A stretch of 63,567 bases of DNA, filler included, from Reticulomyxa filosa (Eukaryota; Protista; Foraminifera): NCBI GenBank assembly GCA_000512085.1. It is 27 parts of 27 records of this genome, joined end to end, with 100 filler letters (N's around TTAATTAATTAA, not from the genome) between each part and the next. Parts side by side here need not be neighbours in the genome. Positions count along the whole stretch, not along the records: positions 1 to 5,090 come from ASPP01049302.1; positions 5,191 to 8,915 come from ASPP01009123.1; positions 9,016 to 14,366 come from ASPP01024858.1; 24 more parts are not named here. One strand, written 5' to 3'. Numbering within the stretch: position 1 is the stretch's first letter; every line of letters begins with the position of its first letter. Under the pieces are notes generated by a model. The model was given only the letters and a program-made list of their open reading frames with translations. It did no database searches and was not told the origin of the DNA. Made by a program: the position numbers and the translations under genes. Positions 1 to 12,300 of the stretch are shown piece after piece.

Positions 1-1639
1 CTTCTTTCCACTGTTAAAGATTCTGTGGGAGAAACCTTTTTTAAAACTGTATTTTTGATAAGAGATCATAGCTTTAAACATAGAATAAATTATGTTTGTT
101 AATCTGGTCCCCACTCCTGCAATGTGATTGAAGATGTACATGTTTTGATATTGTATCATCGGGTTGATTGTGTGTACATCTACCTGAGATTTTTCATCTG
201 TTTTCTTGCAGTATCAATATTTTTTCTACTTGTGATAATTTCAAAAAAAATGGAGTATAAATTGAGTGATTGATAGCATTGTTTTTTTTTGTTTTTTATT
301 TTGGATGTCAAAGTATTGAAGTATTAGACTCGAAATGTTTTGAAATAAGTCTTTAGCTTGTTTCTTTATTTGGTAACAATACAGCGACAAAAAAACATAA
401 AAACATGATCTAATAAAAAAAGTTTTTTGGTAACAAAGTACTAAAAAAAACAAATACGTACATTAACATTGGGAAACTTCGTTGTAACAATTGACCCCCC
501 CCCTGCTGTGATCATTTTTTGTAATTCCACGTACTGATTATTATGAACCATCAATTTCAATCGATGAACAGAGGATACCATTGTAGACTTTATTTTTAAT
601 TGTGGAAATGGCGTCTTGGGTTTCCACAGACTCTATTCTTTCTTTTTCTGCAGCTGTTACATTTTTACAGAGGACTACATTGGTGAAGGAAGTCTCCATG
701 TTGTATAGGTTTGGCTTGTTAGGTTGTTTAAAGAAAGAGAGGCAAAACCACCTTTGTAATGTCTAAGAGAACTTTTTCTAAAAAGGGAAAACTTTTTCTC
801 TTCCAGAGAAAAATCATTACTCAAGAAAAAGTGATGGTTCATTCCAAAAAAACAATTTTAATTTTAATAATCTGCAATTAATCAATTTTTTAGAATCAAA
901 AATGAAATAACATACAAAATTTTTAACATTTTTTTTTTTGTCAAAAATGCCAAAATATTCAAAAAAATTGCAAATTTACATTTTTTTTAATAGATATTTA
1001 TGAATTGTGCGTCTAAGTCTTGTTTAAGAAAAAAGGTCTTTTTTTTTTTTCCTTTGGTTGTATCTCTCTTTAGTACCAGTTCATAATTAAGGCGCTAATC
1101 GCTTTCTTAGCAATACACTGGTATGTCTTTTTTCTTTTTTAAGTTATTTTGCAACTTAAAAAGTGGTTTGTTTGAACAGTTCGCAAACTCTAAAAAAAAT
1201 AAAAGAAAGATTTCATTTTTGTTAGGATGCTGTTCATCCTTTATCAAGGAAAAAAAATAATTGAATACGGGGTAAGGCCCCCCGTCTCCGCAAGGAGTAA
1301 TAATGGTTTGTCCTACATTTATACGTTCTTTTTTTTTTGACATAATTTACGTCTTTTTTTTTTTTGATTAATAGCCGCAGCCCATATGTTCAAAAAAAAA
1401 AATGTATACGTCACCATCCAAATTTCCCACAAAGAAAAATTTCGGGGTTGAAGCCACCACACGTTGCAAAAAAAATTAAAGAGTTTTGGTTTTTTATTTT
1501 TTATTTTTTTTATTTTTTTTATCAAATGTTTGTATGTCTGTCAATAGGCATGCCCCCATCAACAATAAATTTTTACCCCCTCCCCGCAAAAAAGAAAAAA
1601 AAATTATAGATAATTGGAATTAGAGCTTTAAGCTCCACG

Positions 1640-2200
1640 TCAAATGTATGTTTTTATTTTTTAAAAAAATAAAAAATTATTTCAATTTGTGTTTTTGTTG
1701 ATAGGGTTCAAGATTCAAAAGGGTTGGAAGTTTATTTATTTTTTATTTTTATTTTTTATTTCTATTGGGATTATTGGATATTAAATATTTGGAGGGGAAA
1801 AAATGGTAAAAAGAAAATTTGGAAAAAAAAGTGAAAAAAATTAAGGGAAAATAAAATAAATTGAAAATTGTGGAAAATAAATGTTGGGAAAAATAAGTTG
1901 AAAAGGGGGTGAAAGGGGATGAAAAGATTGTGAAAAGGGTGGAAAAGGGGGTTTTAAAGTTATTTTTTTTAGAAAAATGAATAAAAATGTAAAAATGAAT
2001 AAAGAAATGAAAAAAATGATGGAAAAAAAAAGTTGAAAAATTTAAAGAAAAAAAAGATTAAAGAGAAAAATGAGAAAAAATTAGAAAAATATAGAAAAAT
2101 ATAGAAAAAAAATAGAGAAAAAAATATTTAAAAAGTGAGAAAAAAATTAGAAAAAAAAGAGAAAAAATGAAAAAGAAAGAGAAAAAAAAGATGAAAAAAA
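1640..2200. repeat. Low-complexity, mostly A/G-rich tract
   Basis: Irregular A/G runs with no period and no credible ORF. Confidence 0.7.
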
Positions 2201-3529
2201 GTTGCAAGAGTTTTATCATTTGAGTTTGTCGAGCAAGATCCTATTATACTTGCCAAACTGTCCATGTGATCGACTATGGACTCGAACGACGTGTTGGATG
2301 GTAATCAAGAAATCGAGAAGAAGAACAACAGCGAAGGCAAAAAAAGAAAGTAGAAATGATACTATATTATCGTCAATCCAAGTTGTGAATGATCGCATTG
2401 GCGATGAACGCGAGAATTGCCAACAACGACTATTATCCAAGGCCAAAGTGTGCCTCTAGTCACAAGGGCGACGAGGCTGATGCATTTCATATTTCGAAGA
2501 TATCATTATGTGATAGTATTTGAAGTTGAAGAAAATCTCCAAGTTCAATCGCAGGCAATCAGGGCCTTGGTGCTGCAGAATAAAAAGCAAGATCGCCAAA
2601 AGAAAAAAAGAAGTGAAAACGACGTCGATATTATGGTGTACTAACAGCAACAGCGACTGGCCGACGAAGAATTAGAAGAGGATGAAAAAAAAGAAAAAAA
2701 TCGATATTGCGATCGAGCAAACCGCTACATCGTGTGAACTATCGCATGTAAGAGTGGTTAAATTTCATTTGAGAAACCCGCAGGACACCAGCAAGCAAAA
2801 AGAGGAAAATGACGAAGAAGACGAAGAGAAAGAGCGTCCCGAAATCATATCCCGTTAAATTTGTTTAAAAATTAAAAAATAAAAAAAAATAACTAGTAGG
2901 CCGACTTTATTGAAATTGGTTACATGAATTCGCTTTTTACGTCTGGGAACGCGCACCATTCGCGAAAATATGAACGAATATGGCAATTTCTAGAAGTGAT
3001 ACCCAACGTATTTAAAAGAACTTGTTTGCCATCAACATAGGCAGACACAAGTCTCTGGCGCATTGCCAAGCTAACAATTACCCGAAACGAAGGTATCCAA
3101 CTGCGATCTACCAGTGTCAACGAGCAAGGGAAACTCAATTGTTATGGAAATGGTAATATTTTTATAAATTCAAGACACAATCTAAACGCACAGATTGGGC
3201 GCCAGTGTCGAAACGTCGTGTGTGCGCATGCACAAATTTGGGCTTTGAATCATGCGCGTGCTGATGGGGGAGGAATCGTAAGCTCCCGAAAGACATCGAG
3301 CATTGCGCATTTTCAGACATGAACGAATTTCAAATAGTGCGCCCCCTCTTCCCTCCCAATGGAAGTTACTGCACAGGTGTGAACATCAAATGCAGTCCAA
3401 TGACAACAACGACAAAGTGCAGTCCATTCTATCTTTTACTCATTTGTCAATGTTTCGGTCATTGGTTTGTGTTATGCGCCGTCAATATTTGGGCACAACT
3501 GCGTTTTACGATTTGATTTGGTGTGTGTG

Positions 3530-4620
3530 CTGGAGCTAATGTTGTTGTCATTTGTTACAAAAAGGAATAGCGTCGTGCCAGTCGATAGTCTGACCAACGA
3601 TTCAAAAGTCGTACCATTATTTATCAAATCAAGAAAAAAAGTATTGATATTGTCAACGTGCTGGTGGCGCTGGGCCCTGTTGGATGGATGCGTAGACAAC
3701 ATTTATGTCAGCAGTCGAGTCCCCTCTCACTATCTCTCATCTCATAAACATATGCGCCGTGGATACGAATTGTTCGATTACCAAAAGCAGAATCACTCGG
3801 ATTCGAAAAGTGGAAGGTTGTACCATTAACAAGACCACCACTCGAAAAATGGTAGGCTCTAGGGGACGATCCTTTTCAATGATAACAATTTCCCCAATTC
3901 CGTCGGCTGTCCTAAAATAATTGATGGGAATATTGATCTTTGAAATCGAAGCGCGCATTCGCAAGACCAAGAAGTTTCTGTTATTTGGTTAATCGTTTGT
4001 GCGCCGCCCCCTTTCCAGTTACCTGACGATATAATCGTGTTTGGGTCCATTGCTTGAAAAAGTTTTTTATACATACATTTTTTTTAATATATATGTACAT
4101 ATTCAATAACATCTTTATACGTACATTGATTATTTATTTATGTGTATGTGATTGTGTTCTTGAAATTTTTGATTAGACATTTAAAGCTGTCAATAAAGTA
4201 GTAGAATAAAAATGGACACGTTTTGTTGTTTACATTGTCATTAGTGCTGCAGCGAATTCCCAGCGAAGTGGCAATTGTGACAGCAATCACAGCAATATCG
4301 ATTGTTGCAGTAGATGAAAGTAGCACTGCAACCTCATGGCCGAATGTTGCTGATGGGAATCCAATATGTCGTCGGGTCATGAAAGCCGCACTACAATGCA
4401 CACGCTCGTCATTTTTCCAATACATTTATTTGTTCATTATTGAACAAGTATCTATAGTGACAGCGTGCTTCAACATGGATCATTGTTTACGTTTTGAATG
4501 ACGTGTGCAATTTGGGAAAAAATGAAAGGTCCATATCGTGTACTGCGGCTCATGATGGATTGAATGTGGTGAGCTGATGGTTATGATGGTTATGTGCGCA
4601 ACCTATATTCCAAGTTATAA
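3530..4620 (+). pseudogene. Decayed gene or element copy, homologous to 61118-62011 in opposite orientation
   Basis: Collinear nucleotide blocks shared with the reverse complement of 61118-62011. Conceptual peptides LDGCVDNIYVSS vs LDGYVGNVSVSS and GELMVMMVMCATYIPSYN vs GELIIVIICATYAPSYN. Many stops and frameshifts; the coding strand is inferred. Confidence 0.55.
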
Positions 4621-5090
4621 TGTTTTTCTTTTGATGTGATTGAAATTGAAATATATATGATTAATACACACGTTATAATATAGGTCTCCAAAGATATAAT
4701 ACCTGTGGAAAGTTGCTGTGGTAGTTGTGGTGCTAGTAAACAAGAGTGAAGCGAAGTGCAAACACGCCAAATTGTGGCATATGAATCGCAAATATTTAAC
4801 TTGCCTCAATTTTTTGATTGGAAAAATTTGTGTTGTGTGGATTGTAGTTCTTTTGATATTTCTTTTATATCTTACCTCCAGCTCACTTAATTTCTTTATC
4901 AAATTATACTTTCGTAAAAAATTTCTGAACTTTACTATTTTAAGTCTAAAAGAAAGCGCGTAAAACTGTGCGAAATGTGAATTGAGTTTGCCACTATTCG
5001 TGGCAAAAAAAGACTTCGAGTAAGAGTAGATAACAAGAAAGAATACGTATGACAGAAGGAGCAAGAAGATGATAAGATAATATCGAGAAA

Positions 5091-5190
5091 NNNNNNNNNN
5101 NNNNNNNNNNNNNNNNNNNNNNNNNNNNNNNNNNTTAATTAATTAANNNNNNNNNNNNNNNNNNNNNNNNNNNNNNNNNNNNNNNNNNNN
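5091..5190. other. Artificial contig-joining spacer (first of 26)
   Basis: N44-TTAATTAATTAA-N44, 100 nt, starting at 5091, 8916, 14367, 15950, 17347, 18480, 19763, 21233, 24409, 26056, 27469, 30509, 31902, 36742, 39677, 43128, 44754, 48845, 51017, 52761, 54450, 56672, 58005, 59105, 60293 and 62012. The 12-mer places stops in all six frames. Confidence 0.98.
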
Positions 5191-6113
5191 ACTGAAGAAC
5201 TTTGGAACCAATTCGAAACAGAATGATTTCTTTCTTACTTTGCTTTTTTTTTCAAAGACTAAATTATATTCAGGAATGAACGTATGTGAATAAAGCTTTT
5301 TGATTTATCATTTTTTTTTCCTTTATTAAAAATATCTTGTTGCCAAAAACATAAGTAATGAATATAAAAAGATTCTTAGAATAAGATCTTTATTTTCAAA
5401 GATTTTCAATGATATAGCTTCTTTTTATATTATTGTTTAAACATAATTTTTGGAACTTAATTCATGCACTTTTTTGCTTCTAAAAATCCTGATAAATCGT
5501 TGTGAATGTTATTTCATCTATTGGAATAAATTTTTCTTATTTCTGTGGATAATTTAATATTTTCGTCATCTCCAAATAGAAATCATTAGTGAAGATAATG
5601 TAACACTTATCTGAAATATCGTCTTTTTGTATCACTTAATCATTATCTTAAATGTAATTATATCAAGAACCATCAATTGCTCACCAGATTGAACTCGTTG
5701 TTTTTTAAATTTATTCAAAATAATGTCCTTGTTATTTTACATGCTAAGAGATGTAAAGGTCATATCATGCTTCAAGAGAAAACGTTATTTTTGATAATGC
5801 ACAATGTTCTTTTAACTTTATTCAATACAAAAAAAATCTAAATTAGTAGTGATTTGCAATGAAAAAAACAGATAATTGAAATATTTTACAATTTATTTGA
5901 TATTTGAATATAATTTTCATTTGTTATGCTTTTGAATTCTTTAAAAAACATTGAACAAAGCTTTTTCAATTTTTTTAAACAACAAAGTAAGATAAAACAT
6001 AACTTTCAATGCTTGCATTCAATAAAATAGACAACTTTAATATCATCTTACTTTTCTTTTAAGCAAAATTTTCAAGCAAAAACACTTTTATTTCTTATTC
6101 GACAAAAAGTAAA

Positions 6114-7488
6114 TTATCCCCAGATATGAATGAGACCTTTGTATGAACCATAACACAAATTCAAATCATGTGTATCATCATTTGCCTTCTTTTCCTTTTT
6201 CAATACAATACACTTAAGACAATATATCCCATTATCTTTTTTCTCATCTCCTTTGATCATATACAATTCATTCTTATTTGATCGAATGTCCCAAAAACGA
6301 ATTGTATTATCCCATGATCCAGAACATATCACATTTGAATTACCAATACTATTCTTTATTACAAATGGTGAATATTCAACAACACTCACCCAATGTTTAT
6401 GCCCATTGAGGACTTGGATTTGTTGACAAGATCGAATATCCCATAAACGAACACTTTTATCAGCTGATCCAGATAATATTGTATTTGATAATTCATTTGA
6501 TCCATATTTTACACTATTCACATAATTTGTATGTCCTTTGAATACATTCAATTGGTTGGTTGTTTCAATATCCCATATTCGAATGGTTTTATCCCATGAT
6601 CCAGAACAAATTGTATATCCATTTCCACCAATCACACCAATATTATTCATTTTATTATTATTATCATTGTTATTATTGCAATGTAATGGTGAAATATCAA
6701 CACAACAAACAGCCCTTTCATTTCCATTGAAGACATGTAATGATTTTGATGTTTCAACATCCCATAAACGAATTGTATTGTCAAATGATCCAGAACACAA
6801 ATATCTACCACAATTAAATGATGAAAATTCAATACCATTAACATCCAAGGTGTGTCCATTGAATATTTGTAATTGCTTATTATGTTTGAAATCCCAGAAG
6901 CAAATGGTTTTATCACCTGATGAAGAACAAATAACACGTTGACAATGGTTATGATAATGATATGGTGAAAATTTTACACAATGCACAGAATCTGAATGTC
7001 CATTAGATGATTGAATTTGTTTGTTGTTATCAACATCCCACACACGAACTGTTCTATCATTTGATCCAGAACAAATGAGTCTATCATCATCAAATGTTGA
7101 ATAATCAATACTGTACACCCAAGCAGTATGTCCAGTGAATGTATGAAGTAATTTGGATGATGAGCGAAATGTATTAAATACGAAGATAGTAGATATCTAT
7201 GTTAAATAAACATTGAATATTTTGATTGGCATTTGAAAAAAAGAAAGAACAAATGAACTAACATAATTGACAACAAGTATGTCAAACTCATTAATCCATC
7301 CTAATTTGATTTTCAATATTCGAGTCCAATGTTGTATGATTAGTTGAATCTTTTTTTCTTCAGACTATTTGAATCACAAATTCACGATAAGTAAAACAAT
7401 AAAAAAGCGCAGACTTCTGAAAGCTTGTAATAAAGCTTACCAACGCTAGTTGTGTTGAAGTTCGCTTCTCATTGCTAAGGGTTGTCAT
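6114..7488 (-). CDS. WD40-repeat protein, 3 exons (7488-7441, 7364-7263, 7196-6114), about 410 aa, with N-terminal IKLGWI module
   Basis: Repeated GH...SGSxDxTIRxWD units in ORF 6114-7118. Phase-0 GT-AG introns join MTTLSNEKRTSTQLAL / SEEKKIQLIIQHWTRILKIKLGWINEFDILVVNY / ISTIFVFNTFRSSSKLLHTFTGH in frame. Confidence 0.93.
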
Positions 7489-8024
7489 TTTATTTTTTGC
7501 ATAAGCTCGTTTTCGACGATGTAAAATGGACGATAGGATTTTTTTTTTCTCAAGGGCAACGAAAGTGGTTTTCAAAAATATTTTGACAATATGAAATTGA
7601 TTTTAATAACGCATGAAATTCTTTTTCAATGAAGATAAGAAATTTTTAAAAAGAACTTGTCCAAAACTGAGTATGCACATACCACAAGTTTTTTAATTAT
7701 ATTTAGTGTTTTTCGAAAAAAAAAAATTTATGTCATGAATTACCATAAAGAAAATCGTGTTCTATTCTGTACAAAAAATATAATACTTGAAATATCTTAC
7801 AATTTATTTTGATATTTAGATGCAATTTTTATTTATTATGCTTTTAAATCTTTAAAAAGCATTGAACGCAATTTTTTCAATTTTGTAAAAAACAAAGTAG
7901 GATAAAACACATTCTTCAATGCTTGCATTCAATCAAAAAAAACAAGTTCAATATCAACTTACTTTTCATTTAAGCAAAATTTTCAAACAAAAACACTTTT
8001 ATTTCTTATTTGACAAAATGTAAA

Positions 8025-8130
8025 TTATCCCCAAATACGAATGGGACCTTTACGTGAACTATAACACAAATTCATATCATATGAAACATTCTTTGTTTTA
8101 TCTTTTTTTTTCAATTCAATAAATTTAAGG
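8025..8130 (-). pseudogene. Orphan 3' fragment of the same WD40 family
   Basis: LKFIELKKKDKTKNVSYDMNLCYSSRKGPIRIWG* matches the C-termini ending at 6114 and 8616, but the upstream sequence is not WD40. Confidence 0.8.
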
Positions 8131-8615
8131 CCTTTTTTGGAATCAGTGTAATTATTAGTTTTGTTTATGAGTATTGATTTTGATTTTTTTTGCGAGATTA
8201 TCAAAATATGAGCAATCAATAACTTTTTTGTTAATCTCATGTAATATACTGTTTTCTTTCTGCACTTAAGCAAAATAATTTTTAAGCTGATCTTGCTCTG
8301 TTTTTGGAAAGTAATACAAGAAAATATTATTTCAATGTTCCAAAGACTTCTATATAGTATTAAAAACATTATGTGCTTTTCAAAGTAGTCTTAGTCGTGT
8401 CATTGTATGATACAATTTTTATTATTATGCTTTTGAGTTCTTTACAAAACATTGAATGCAGTTTTTTCAATTTTTTTAAACAAAAAAGTAAGATAGAACA
8501 CATCTTTCAAAGCTCGCATTCAATCAAATCAAACAAGTTTAATATCAACTTACTTTTCTTTTAATCAAACTTTTCAAACAAAAACACTTTCATTTCTTAT
8601 TCGGTAAAAAGTAAA

Positions 8616-8915
8616 TTATCCCCAAATGTGAATGGAACCATTACTTAAACCATAACACAAATTCGAATCATATGCCTTATCTTTCTTTTTCAATGCGATA
8701 AATTTAAGACAAATTATTCCATCATCTCCTTTGATCATATACAATTCATTCTTATTTGATCGAATGTCCCAAAAACGAATTGTATTATCACCTGATCCAG
8801 AACATATCACATTTGAATTACCAATACTATTCTTTATTACAAATGGTGAATATTCAACAGCATACACCATGTGAGTATGTCCATTGAACACTTGAATTTG
8901 TTGACCAGATCGAAT
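8616..8915 (-). CDS. WD40-repeat protein paralog, 3' part (cut by contig end)
   Basis: FNGHTHMVYAVEYSPFVIKNSIGNSNVICSGSGDNTIRFWDIRSNKNELY...IHIWG*, nearly identical to the last blade of 6114-7118. Confidence 0.9.
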   Translation of the reverse strand: MRSGQQIQVFNGHTHMVYAVEYSPFVIKNSIGNSNVICSGSGDNTIRFWDIRSNKNELYMIKGDDGIICLKFIALKKKDKAYDSNLCYGLSNGSIHIWG

Positions 8916-9129
8916 NNNNNNNNNNNNNNNNNNNNNNNNNNNNNNNNNNNNNNNNNNNNTTAATTAATTAANNNNNNNNNNNNNNNNNNNNNNNNNNNNN
9001 NNNNNNNNNNNNNNNCAGATAATAAGTCAAGGTTGCAAGCATGCATACAAACTCAACAAGTGACAGTCTTAAAGGCATCCGAACGCTGCCAAGAAAAACA
9101 AAAAACAAAAAAAAGTAGCACAAATTTTG

Positions 9130-9330
9130 CTCCGGATACAATATATTTGAATTTGTCTTCCTGATTATATATCCCATATTCGAATTGTGCGATCAGATGA
9201 ACATTGCAATTTTTCATCACATTTACACTTCCTTCCAACAATTGAAATTGTTTTCCGGATTGTTACATCACATGCATATGATAGAATTGTAGAACCATCT
9301 GTGCACATGTTTGAAAAGATCAGTTTTTTG
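9130..9330 (-). pseudogene. Degenerate WD40 relic
   Basis: Minus strand gives CSSDRTIRIWDI*SGRQIQI and DGSTILSYACDVTIR, with stops and frameshifts. Confidence 0.6.
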
Positions 9331-12300
9331 CAACCTATTTGTATTTACTTATCATTTCAAATACTGACTACATTTTTATTTATAAGATAGAAAATATTGC
9401 AACGTTAAGCGTAAATTGAGCCTTTTTAATATAGTAATAGAAGAAATTTGTCATTATTATTATTTAATATCTGAAAATTGAAATGTTTTTTGTTACTTAT
9501 ACATCAATCTAAGCTTACAACAATATAATTCAAATAAATCTTTTATTTTCTTGTGCCCAAGTAAGTAAAGTAAAAAATAAATTATCAATCGTGTTTAAAT
9601 TACTTCATTTAATAATTACAAGAGACTGTTGATCGCAAAACATTACGTACGACACTTGGGCACTGTTTTTGAGAAAATAGAATTGATCACTTGACTTTAA
9701 TAGTAAGATAATAAACAATTTTATGTTCAAGTATTCCCTTCTCAACTAAATTTTTTTGTTGCTTGCAACGAACGTTTGTATGCATAAATTTACATTTGAA
9801 AATTTTGGTATGAAAAAACAAATTAATTCGGTAATTTACTTTTGCTAATTTCTATTAGAAAATGCGAGGAAAAGTGTATATGCATTGTAACATTTGTCCA
9901 TATTAAGATTTATTTGTATTGCTTTTATCAGTTTCAATTAACCTCGTCAATTGCTACCTTTATTGTCGTGACTTCTATTAAACACAAAACTTTTGCCTTC
10001 TTGGTCACAAAACCATTCATAGATGTCATCTCTATCCAAACGAATTCGATATCCAACATTATGACTTCGCAAATAACAATTATTTGCATCAGTTTGTGCT
10101 GGACGGTATGACTATCTCTTTACAATCGACTGAATAGCACTATAATACAAATGTTTCATGCTATTTCATGTTTGCTTGCTTTTAATTTTAATACATTGTT
10201 GATATAATTTTCAACCATTTCTTATGTTGATTGATGTCCATGCTATTGCATGGAACGTAAGCAATCACATAAGGTTGTAACAATTTAAACTTATTGTCTT
10301 TTGTGCTAGCCTTGCTTGGATGAAGTGCATTGCATGGCATAATGTCCATTCATCGATGATCCACCCGCACCAAAATTGAAGATGATAATTTACACAAACT
10401 TAAATAAATCGAATGATCTTTATAGCCAACTATCAAGCTCATTTCATAACAGTAATTATTGGATGACATTGGTTTTAAATGCATTAAACGAGCAACCACA
10501 TTACAACTCCAACTATCAAGTAAGTCTGAACGTTTGGAGTATATCATTGTAGCTATAATGTGATCCCAATATGTTGTCAACTGCACTTGCAATTCCCTCA
10601 ATCCCTTTTCATATACTTGTTCAAATGTTTTGTTTTTTGGTAATTTAATATTATATCTATCCGCTCGTTTCAATCGAATACATATTTCAAATAATAAAGA
10701 TATTCGATACTTGAAAATATTGTTGGATATCGTCCTTCATCAAACTTTTTGTGTTGAAATTTTCCACTTCAATTAACTTAACATTTCGAGCTGCTGCCAA
10801 TACCATAAATTGCAATTAATTAATATCTTTTGTAATTGCTTTGATGCACTCCCAATAAGAAACTTGCTCCTTCTTGCACCAACGTCTTGGAATCTTCAAT
10901 ATCAATGACCTGTCAGACACAATCTTTCATTAATTTGTCTTTGACATAATTGATAGCATATTCAATTTGTTTCATTGAAAATATCACTCGATTTTTGTAT
11001 TCGCCACAACGAACAACAAATGCAAATGGAAGTGGCTACGATCATTTGAATTCCATTGAAAATCTCTTGTTTCATATGCGTATCCAAATGGAAGATAATT
11101 GTTTAATATTTGTTTCAAATTATTTTTGATTATCAGTAACAATATTAATTTTTCAATAGCATTGAGTCAAAAAAGTAGGTTTTACTTGATTACTAAATTT
11201 GTTTTTATTTTATAAAATGCATTTATCACTTTCTCATAAGCTTTAGCAGTTTCTATTTTATACTTTAAAGAGGTTGTTATTTTTTTATACATATGCTTTA
11301 TTTACAGTATTTAAATTTTTTTCCTCACTTTCAAAAGCGAAGAGATCTTTGGTGAAATAAAAAAATAAAAGTGAATCAATGTTTGTGATTTCGTTTCATT
11401 AAGAAAAAATAATTTATTCAAATTGTATATACTATGTACACTGCATAAAAAATTTTGAAATGACAAACTTTCGATTGTTCAAACACTTTTATTTAATTAT
11501 TTTTCTTGCATATAATTTTATTATAGTTCAAATATTTCCACCTTTTCTAATTTATCGATTTTTCATCCATTTCTGCAAGAATTTTGTTTCTTCTCTAATT
11601 TTATTAAATTAAGGTACCCTTGAACTTTTTCTTAGTGAACAAAGGAAGTAGTTTTTTTCTTCCCATCCAATAAGTGCAATATTTCAATTATTTTCTCTTT
11701 TTCAAATTATTTACTGAATAGTTCGTTTGAAATTTCACATCTTTTTTATGTTTGTTGTTATCTGCGTCGTTTAGATATCAAAAGATAAATTTATATTAAC
11801 TTTTGAGTGCCATCATAACATATAACAATTAAAAATAGTGGAATATGCAAATTCTTCAAATTTTGATTTTATTCCATTTGTGTTTTGAGATATTTTCAAT
11901 TACACATGTTGTTAATGTAAAGAAATATTGGATAGTTTAGATTGGATGAGCTTAAAAAACAAAATTGTTATTAGATTAGTAATATAAACTATGGCATGGT
12001 CATAAGGGAATCTTTTTTCGATTGCGATTGTAAATAATTTGAAGTGTAAAAAATAATAAAATCAAACGAGTTAGATACTAACTTTAATTTTAAAATGTTA
12101 AACACAAAAAAATTTATAGTTTTTACGTGTTCGTTTGCTTAATGATATCATAAATCTAGAAAGCGTCTCTTTTAAACAAACTAAAAAAAATCCTTCATTA
12201 GCAATTGTGTCCTAATACATGGCGAAAATTCATATTAAACTGACTCCTGTCGAAAAAAGAACATGAGCTCTGCTGAAATGGAGCTTTTTCATTTCCCCTG

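Larger units (their letters stand above)
5875..8615 (-). repeat. Three copies of a ~210-240 bp conserved 3' flank of WD40 genes (about 5875-6113, 7790-8024, 8405-8615)
   Basis: Shared blocks such as TTATGCTTTT..TCTTTA.AAA.CATTGAA, AAAGTA.GATA.AACA, GCATTCAAT and AAAACACTTT.ATTTCTTATT lie directly after each WD40 stop codon. Confidence 0.85.

Noticed and set aside
1640-2200. Purine-rich tract as a functional element
   Set aside because: Aperiodic and resembles low-quality read sequence; nothing supports a function.
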